64,000 nt of DNA, taken from positions 30,488-94,487 of the forward strand of contig JBKECM010000082.1 of assembly GCA_047974615.1 (NCBI GenBank). Reading direction: 5' to 3'. Each line of letters starts with the position of its first letter. Position 1 is the first letter of the stretch. This DNA is from Lachnospirales bacterium. Lineage in GTDB: Bacteria; Bacillota; Clostridia; Lachnospirales; CAMZNU01. Below the pieces are notes generated by a model. The model worked only from the letters and a program-made list of their open reading frames with translations. It was not told where the DNA came from and did no database searches. Made by a program: the position numbers and the translations under genes. Of the stretch, positions 59,124 to 64,000 are shown piece by piece.

Positions 59124-59177
59124 AAAAATCACCTCCATATACTATATTAAAATATATGAAAAGGTGATTTAATTATA

Positions 59178-60839
59178 CTAATTTAATTTGAAGGAATTTT
59201 TTAATGATACAATTTCATTTATAACTAAAGAATCTTTTGTAGACAATTTTGAGTCTAAGCAATAGTATCCATTTCTTATAAATTGTAATCTATCATTAAG
59301 GTCAAGGTCAACACAACTAGGTTCACATAGTGCATTAAACTCAAGTAAAGAATTTGGATTTTCTCTATAACCACTTTCTTCATTTTCGTCATCAAATACT
59401 ATAAAGTCAAACTTTCTTACTTTTGCAGGTATTGCTGTTGTTGCTTCAACCCAATGAATCGTACCTTTAACTTTTCTACCTGTAAAACCTGAGCCTGATT
59501 TTGTTTCTTCATCATATGTGCAATGTAATTCTGTTATATTACCTTCATTATCTGTTATAACTTCGTTACATAAAATAAAATAGGCACCTTTTAAACGCAC
59601 TTCTTTATCTTTTGTTAGTCTATGAAACTTTGAAGGTGCATCAAGCATAAAGTCCTCACGCTCAATATAAATTTCACGTCCAAAAGGTATTTGACGTATA
59701 CCTAAATTTTCATCGTGAGATGAGTTTTCCATATCTAAGTATTCTATTTTACCTTCAGGATAGTTTGTAATTACCACTTTTAATGGATCAAGTACAACCA
59801 TTTTATTTTTTGCTTTTTCCTTTAAATCTTCACGTACACAATATTCAAGTAGGGCATAGTCTACTAGGTTATCTGCTTTTGAAACACCGATTTTTTCACA
59901 AAAATCTTGCAATGCTTCTTTACTATATCCACGACGTCTAACTCCCGCTATAGTAGCAAGTCTAGGATCGTCCCAACCATCAACTACACCTGTGTTAACT
60001 AAGTTTTTAATGTAACGTTTACCCATAATAGTATTTGCAATTTTTAGTTTTGCTGATTCAATTTGACGTGGTTTTGATGGGAAATTTTCACAACAATTTG
60101 CAACTACCCAGTCATATAAAGGTCTATGTGCTTCAAACTCTAAAGTACAAATAGAATGTGTTATACCTTCTATTGCATCTTGGATAGGGTGTGCAAAATC
60201 GTACATAGGGTATATACACCATTTGTCTTGGGTGTTATGATGTGTTAAGTGTGCTATTCTATATATAATTGGGTCACGCATATTTATATTTGGGCTATTC
60301 ATATCAATCTTTGCACGTAAAGTATGTTCACCATCTTTAAATTTATCATTTTTCATATCTTCAAAGAGTTGTAGGTTTTCCTCGATGCTTCTTTCTCTAT
60401 ATGGAGAATTTTTTCCTACTTGTGTTAAGGTGCCTCTATATTCTTTCATTTCTTCACTGTTTAAGTCACAAACAAAAGCTAACCCTTTTTTTATCAATGT
60501 TATAGCACATTCATATGTCGCATCAAAATAGTTTGATGCGTGAAGTGATTCACCAAATTCAACTCCAAGCCATCTAACATCATTTTCTATCGAAGCAACA
60601 AACTCAGCTTCTTCTTTTGCTGGATTTGTATCATCAAAACGTAGGTTGAATTTTCCACCGAATTTTTTTGCTAAATTATAATTTAATAAAATATTTTTAA
60701 CATGTCCTAAGTGCAACCAGCCACTAGGCTCTGGAGGAAATCTCGTTACTATTTTATTTGTTTCATTTTTTAAATCATCAAGAATTATTTGTTCTATAAA
60801 ATTTATACTTTCTTTAGGTTCTTTTTTTTCTTCTGTCAT
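59178..60839 (-). CDS. glnS: Glutamine--tRNA ligase
   Basis: [18 protein letters not shown] (HIGH region), class-I GlnRS/GluRS core plus the C-terminal GlnRS anticodon-binding barrels. 553 aa. Confidence 0.9.
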   Translation of the reverse strand: MTEEKKEPKESINFIEQIILDDLKNETNKIVTRFPPEPSGWLHLGHVKNILLNYNLAKKFGGKFNLRFDDTNPAKEEAEFVASIENDVRWLGVEFGESLHASNYFDATYECAITLIKKGLAFVCDLNSEEMKEYRGTLTQVGKNSPYRERSIEENLQLFEDMKNDKFKDGEHTLRAKIDMNSPNINMRDPIIYRIAHLTHHNTQDKWCIYPMYDFAHPIQDAIEGITHSICTLEFEAHRPLYDWVVANCCENFPSKPRQIESAKLKIANTIMGKRYIKNLVNTGVVDGWDDPRLATIAGVRRRGYSKEALQDFCEKIGVSKADNLVDYALLEYCVREDLKEKAKNKMVVLDPLKVVITNYPEGKIEYLDMENSSHDENLGIRQIPFGREIYIEREDFMLDAPSKFHRLTKDKEVRLKGAYFILCNEVITDNEGNITELHCTYDEETKSGSGFTGRKVKGTIHWVEATTAIPAKVRKFDFIVFDDENEESGYRENPNSLLEFNALCEPSCVDLDLNDRLQFIRNGYYCLDSKLSTKDSLVINEIVSLKNSFKLN

Positions 60840-60857
60840 AATATCAACCTTTCAAAT

Positions 60858-61076
60858 TTATTTAAAATCTTTGTTATAAAATAATGTGTTACAATGTTCA
60901 CAATACCCAAAAATACTAAGTTCTTTTGTATTTGTATCTAAAATTGATTGGCTTAAGTTGATTTTTATTTCTTCTTTTGCTACTTCACATAAATGCTTTT
61001 CAAAATAAAAATTTGAAACTTTAACAATTTTTGGTTTTTTTTCAAATATTTCATTTACTTTAAAAATTAAATCCAT
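60858..61076 (-). CDS. Small hypothetical protein with C-terminal CxxC
   Basis: 72 aa, GAGGTA RBS, CEHC near the C-terminus. Upstream of and co-oriented with glnS. Confidence 0.45.
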   Translation of the reverse strand: MDLIFKVNEIFEKKPKIVKVSNFYFEKHLCEVAKEEIKINLSQSILDTNTKELSIFGYCEHCNTLFYNKDFK

Positions 61077-61159
61077 AAATACCTCAATTTTTTCTTGATT
61101 TTATCAATTATTTATTGTAACATATTATAGTAAATAAGTCAAAATAAAATGAGGTATGT

Positions 61160-61621
61160 ATGATAGTATATCGTGTAACAGGGGAAGATGTAAAAATTTT
61201 TATGAGTGAGTTGTACAAGGGTAATGCTTTTAATGATTTTCCTGTTAGATTTTTTGAGGTAACTACTTTTATAAAATATAAGATTGATGGTTATTTAGAT
61301 AAAAATTATTTTGAGTCGAAAAGTGATTTTATTACATGGGGTGAAATTTTACCTTTTGCTTTATCAGCTTTGAAAGTTAAAAATTTAAAACCAAAGTCCG
61401 TTGAAATTGAATTTGCTTTGGATAATTCTATTGTTAATATAAACGATAAAGTAAAACTTTTTTTATTACATATGCACTATAGTAATGATGAAATAATATT
61501 AACTGCAAATACTGTAGATAAAGAATTTACTTTAAGTAAATCCTCTCAAGAGCAATGGCATGAATTTCTTTTGAATTTTTTCATTGATAAAAAACTGCCT
61601 GTTTTTAAAGACGAAATATAA
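61160..61621 (+). CDS. Hypothetical protein (possibly DUF5721-like)
   Basis: 153 aa, RBS GAGGTA. The N-terminal pattern MIVYRVTGEDVKIFMSELYKGNAFNDF resembles a Clostridia-restricted DUF family, from memory only. Confidence 0.5.
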   Translation: MIVYRVTGEDVKIFMSELYKGNAFNDFPVRFFEVTTFIKYKIDGYLDKNYFESKSDFITWGEILPFALSALKVKNLKPKSVEIEFALDNSIVNINDKVKLFLLHMHYSNDEIILTANTVDKEFTLSKSSQEQWHEFLLNFFIDKKLPVFKDEI

Positions 61622-61644
61622 TAAATTTTTTAAAAGATGAATTG

Positions 61645-61671
61645 TTAGCACTCGTTTTAAAAGAGTGCTAA
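61645..61671 (+). promoter_or_regulatory. CIRCE (HrcA operator) inverted repeat
   Basis: TTAGCACTC-GTTTTAAAA-GAGTGCTAA is a perfect match to the consensus TTAGCACTC-N9-GAGTGCTAA. Followed by T6. Confidence 0.85.
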
Positions 61672-61678
61672 TTTTTTA

Positions 61679-61707
61679 TTGACATTTTTAAAAAAATGGT
61701 ATATTAT
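61679..61707 (+). promoter_or_regulatory. Sigma-A type promoter of htpG
   Basis: TTGACA - 17 nt - TATTAT, or TGgTATATT with 15-nt spacing. About 40 nt upstream of ATG 61744. Confidence 0.6.
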
Positions 61708-61743
61708 TATATTATAAATTTTTAATTCAATTTGGAGGTAAAT

Positions 61744-63600
61744 ATGGAAAAAGGTAATTTATCAATTAATAGCGAAAACATCTTACCAATTATAAAAAAA
61801 TGGTTATATTCTGATACAGATATTTTTGTGCGTGAGCTTGTATCAAATGCATCTGATGCAATTACAAAACTTAAAAAATTAAACCAACTTGGTGAAGTAA
61901 TTATAAGTGATGATTTTTCTATCAACGTTTCAGTTGATAAAGAAAATAAGAAAATTTTTATTGAGGATAATGGTATAGGTTTAACAGACGAAGAAGTTAA
62001 AAAATATATAAATGATATAGCTTTTTCAGGGGCAACTGACTTTATAAATAAACTTAACTTAAATAACGAAAACAAAGAAGAACAAGGGGAAATAATCGGT
62101 CATTTTGGACTTGGTTTTTATTCTGCTTTTATGGTTGCCGGTATTGTTGAAATCGATAGTTTAAGTTATATTGATGGTGCTAAACCAATACATTGGACTT
62201 GTGATGGTGGTATAGAATACTCTTTAGAAGAGGGTACTCGTACAACACGTGGTACAACTATAACATTAAATGTTACTGATGACAGCTTAGATTTTTTAGA
62301 TGGCTATAAATTAAAATCAATTATCGAAAAATATTGTGGATTTATCCCTAACGACATCTATTTTAAAGACTTAAATGAGAAAAAAGAACCTGAAAAAGAT
62401 GATGATGGTAATGAGATAATTGAAGAAATATTACCTGTAAATAATAAATTTCCTTTATATTTAAAAAATCCTAGTGAATGTACTGAGGAAGAATATAAAG
62501 AGTTTTATAGTAAAACATTTTTTGATTATAATGAACCTTTGTTTCATATTCATTTAAATATGGATTATCCTTTTAGACTTAAAGGTATTTTATATTTTCC
62601 TAAGCTTAAACATGAGCTTGAAAGTATTGAAGGTCAAGTAAAATTATATAATAATCAAGTTTTTATTGCTGATAATATAAAAGAAGTTATTCCTGAATAT
62701 TTATTGCTTTTAAAAGGCGTAATAGATTGTCCTGATTTACCTTTAAATGTTTCAAGAAGCTTTTTACAAAATGATGGTTATGTTCAAAAAATGAGTGACT
62801 ATATAACTAAAAAAGTTGCTGATAAACTTAAATCTATATTTAAAAAAGATAGAGAAGAATACAATAAATATTGGGACGATATTAATCAGTTTATTAAATA
62901 CGGTTGTATTCGTGACCATAAATTTTATGAAAAAATGGAAGAGTATCTTGTGTTTAAAACAACAGAAGGTGACTACGTAACCATTTCAGAATATTTAGAT
63001 AATAACTCACATAAAACATCTGGAAAGATATTCTATAGCGATAATCCTAATACTCAAGCACAATATGTAAATATGTTTAAGGGTAATGATATTCAAGTTG
63101 CAATTCTTGAAACACGATTAGATTCACCGTTTATGTCATATATTGAGCAAAACAAAGGTGATTTGAAATTTGGTCGTATTGATAGTGAAGTTTCCGATAT
63201 ATTTAAAGAAGAGGGTAATGTCGAAAATGCAAGCGATATAGAAGAATTATTTAAAAAATCTTTAAATGATGAGCAATTAAAAATTAAAATTGAAAATCTT
63301 AAAGACATAAATATTACTTCAATGCTACTTTTGTCTGAACAAAGTCGCCGTATGGAAGAAATGATGAAAATGTATGGTGGAATGATGCCTATGGGCTCTA
63401 TGCCAAAAGATGAAACACTAGTTTTAAATGGTAACTCTAAAATAGTTAAAAAGCTTTTAGAAACTTCAGATTCAGAAAAGCAAAATTTGATATGTAATTA
63501 TTTATATGATTTAGCTAAAATAGGACATAAAACTTTGACTTCTGAAGAAATGAATAAATTCTTACTTAGAAGTAATGAAATTTTAACAAATATATTATAA
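61744..63600 (+). CDS. htpG: Molecular chaperone HtpG (Hsp90)
   Basis: LYSDTDIFVRELVSNASDA, GIGLT, IGHFGLGFYSAF GHKL ATPase motifs. Start at ATG 61744 behind GGAGGT. Confidence 0.95.
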   Translation: MEKGNLSINSENILPIIKKWLYSDTDIFVRELVSNASDAITKLKKLNQLGEVIISDDFSINVSVDKENKKIFIEDNGIGLTDEEVKKYINDIAFSGATDFINKLNLNNENKEEQGEIIGHFGLGFYSAFMVAGIVEIDSLSYIDGAKPIHWTCDGGIEYSLEEGTRTTRGTTITLNVTDDSLDFLDGYKLKSIIEKYCGFIPNDIYFKDLNEKKEPEKDDDGNEIIEEILPVNNKFPLYLKNPSECTEEEYKEFYSKTFFDYNEPLFHIHLNMDYPFRLKGILYFPKLKHELESIEGQVKLYNNQVFIADNIKEVIPEYLLLLKGVIDCPDLPLNVSRSFLQNDGYVQKMSDYITKKVADKLKSIFKKDREEYNKYWDDINQFIKYGCIRDHKFYEKMEEYLVFKTTEGDYVTISEYLDNNSHKTSGKIFYSDNPNTQAQYVNMFKGNDIQVAILETRLDSPFMSYIEQNKGDLKFGRIDSEVSDIFKEEGNVENASDIEELFKKSLNDEQLKIKIENLKDINITSMLLLSEQSRRMEEMMKMYGGMMPMGSMPKDETLVLNGNSKIVKKLLETSDSEKQNLICNYLYDLAKIGHKTLTSEEMNKFLLRSNEILTNIL

Positions 63601-63613
63601 TAATTTTACTATA

Positions 63614-63642
63614 TGGCTTCATTGCAAAAGGCAACGTTACCA
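63614..63642 (-). repeat. Miniature (ends-only) F1 copy D
   Basis: TGGCTTCATTGCAAAA directly joined to GGCAACGTTACCA, i.e. both F1 terminal repeats with no interior. Lies between the htpG stop and its terminator. Confidence 0.7.
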
Positions 63643-63644
63643 AA

Positions 63645-63676
63645 TAAAAAAGCAGACAATAGGTTGTCTGCTTTTT
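63645..63676. terminator. Bidirectional intrinsic terminator
   Basis: A-run, GCAGACAA-TAGG-TTGTCTGC, T-run. Lies between convergent genes. Confidence 0.85.
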
Positions 63677-63691
63677 AATATTTAAGAAATA

Positions 63692-64000
63692 TTATTTGTC
63701 TGTATAACTTTTTGATTTACTAAATTTCTTTCTGTCAGAACCTTTGTCGTCAAATTTTCTTCTATCTGAGCCTTTGTCGTCAAATTTTCTTCTATCTGAG
63801 CTTTTGTCATCAAATTTCATTTTACTAAAGCCTTTTTTGTCGCCATTTGTTTTTTTACTTTTAAAATCTTTGTTTGAGTTTGAACCAAATTTTGATTTTT
63901 TATCTGAATATTGACGATCACCTCTGTCTGAACGCTCACGTCTTGATGTTGTTACTTTTGCAATTTCGGCACTAACTGTTCTATTTTTTAATGTTACATC
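63692..64000 (-). CDS. 3' end of a gene with a charged K/D/R/S-rich repeat tail (possibly a DEAD-box RNA helicase C-terminus)
   Basis: The minus-strand frame is open from the window edge to TAA at 63694-63692 (..VSAEIAKVTTSRRERSDRGDR..KFDDKGSDRRKFDDKGSDRRKF..). Not in the ORF track because it has no start in the window. Confidence 0.6.
   Translation of the reverse strand, partial: DVTLKNRTVSAEIAKVTTSRRERSDRGDRQYSDKKSKFGSNSNKDFKSKKTNGDKKGFSKMKFDDKSSDRRKFDDKGSDRRKFDDKGSDRKKFSKSKSYTDK
63721..63830 (-). repeat. In-frame 30-nt tandem repeat (about 3.5 units)
   Basis: Units 63741-63770 and 63771-63800 are identical (CCTTTGTCGTCAAATTTTCTTCTATCTGAG). Flanking units are diverged. Encodes KFDDKGSDRR repeats. 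Confidence 0.85.

Noticed and set aside
60840-61159. A T-box or other leader upstream of glnS, and likewise upstream of sstT and bioY.
   Set aside because: The available non-coding space is too short for a T-box: about 18 nt before glnS, 83 nt before the small upstream ORF and about 120 nt before sstT. No specifier/T-box motif is visible.
27280-63642. The possibility that the recurring short repeats represent a CRISPR array or an integron attC series.
   Set aside because: The copies are kilobases apart, differ in length (29-233 bp) and occur in both orientations. There are no regularly spaced spacers and no cas or integrase genes.

Overview
This is a chromosomal segment of a very AT-rich, Firmicutes/Clostridia-type genome using the standard genetic code. 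DnaD/DnaI, a YlmC/YmxH-family protein, a Csp-like protease, GlnRS and HtpG support that placement. I call 54 protein-coding genes. I saw no rRNA, tRNA, CRISPR array, transposase, integrase or prophage genes.

Gene content, left to right:
- murC (5' end cut by the window), a dnaD-like gene and dnaI
- an XpaC-like gene and a TelA-family gene, bioY, and an ArsB/NhaD permease
- a membrane GGDEF cyclase
- an ECF sigma factor, an 894-aa zf-HC2/DUF4349 anti-sigma factor, and a SIMPL protein
- a double-cubane-type dehydratase-family protein with DUF3343 and a class-V desulfurase
- a nucleoside salvage block: ECF S-component, deoB, BMP-type ABC transporter, deoC, deoD, BMP lipoprotein
- a roughly 21-kb glycan/sugar-acid utilisation locus: ROK regulator, ManD-type dehydratase, NagB-like protein, ROK kinase, GH4, GH3, DUF4091, LplBCA-type ABC transporter, YesL, PHP, MFS, GH30, kdgK, eda
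- on the minus strand: a fused two-domain Csp-like subtilase, ftsH, an AlkA-like glycosylase, sstT, ylmC and glnS
- then htpG, and the 3' end of a gene with a charged repeat tail

What ordinary annotation does not explain is the intergenic space. At least two families of short, hairpin-rich, non-coding repeats bounded by terminal inverted repeats occupy about a dozen sites. They resemble MITE/BOX elements and are modular, nested and include miniature forms.
- One inverted pair brackets the whole glycan locus.
- One copy splits the predicted ftsH terminator, which also carries the leader of the Csp-like gene, and is flanked by a 10-bp direct repeat.

Other points worth a second look:
- a perfect CIRCE operator at htpG in an unusual position
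- an ECF-type promoter in front of the SIMPL gene
- probable ATT initiation codons for sstT and ylmC
- a Csp-like fusion protease in which both catalytic triads are intact

I found no clear-cut new multi-gene system such as a defence system. All family names are from motif recognition by eye, not from database searches.
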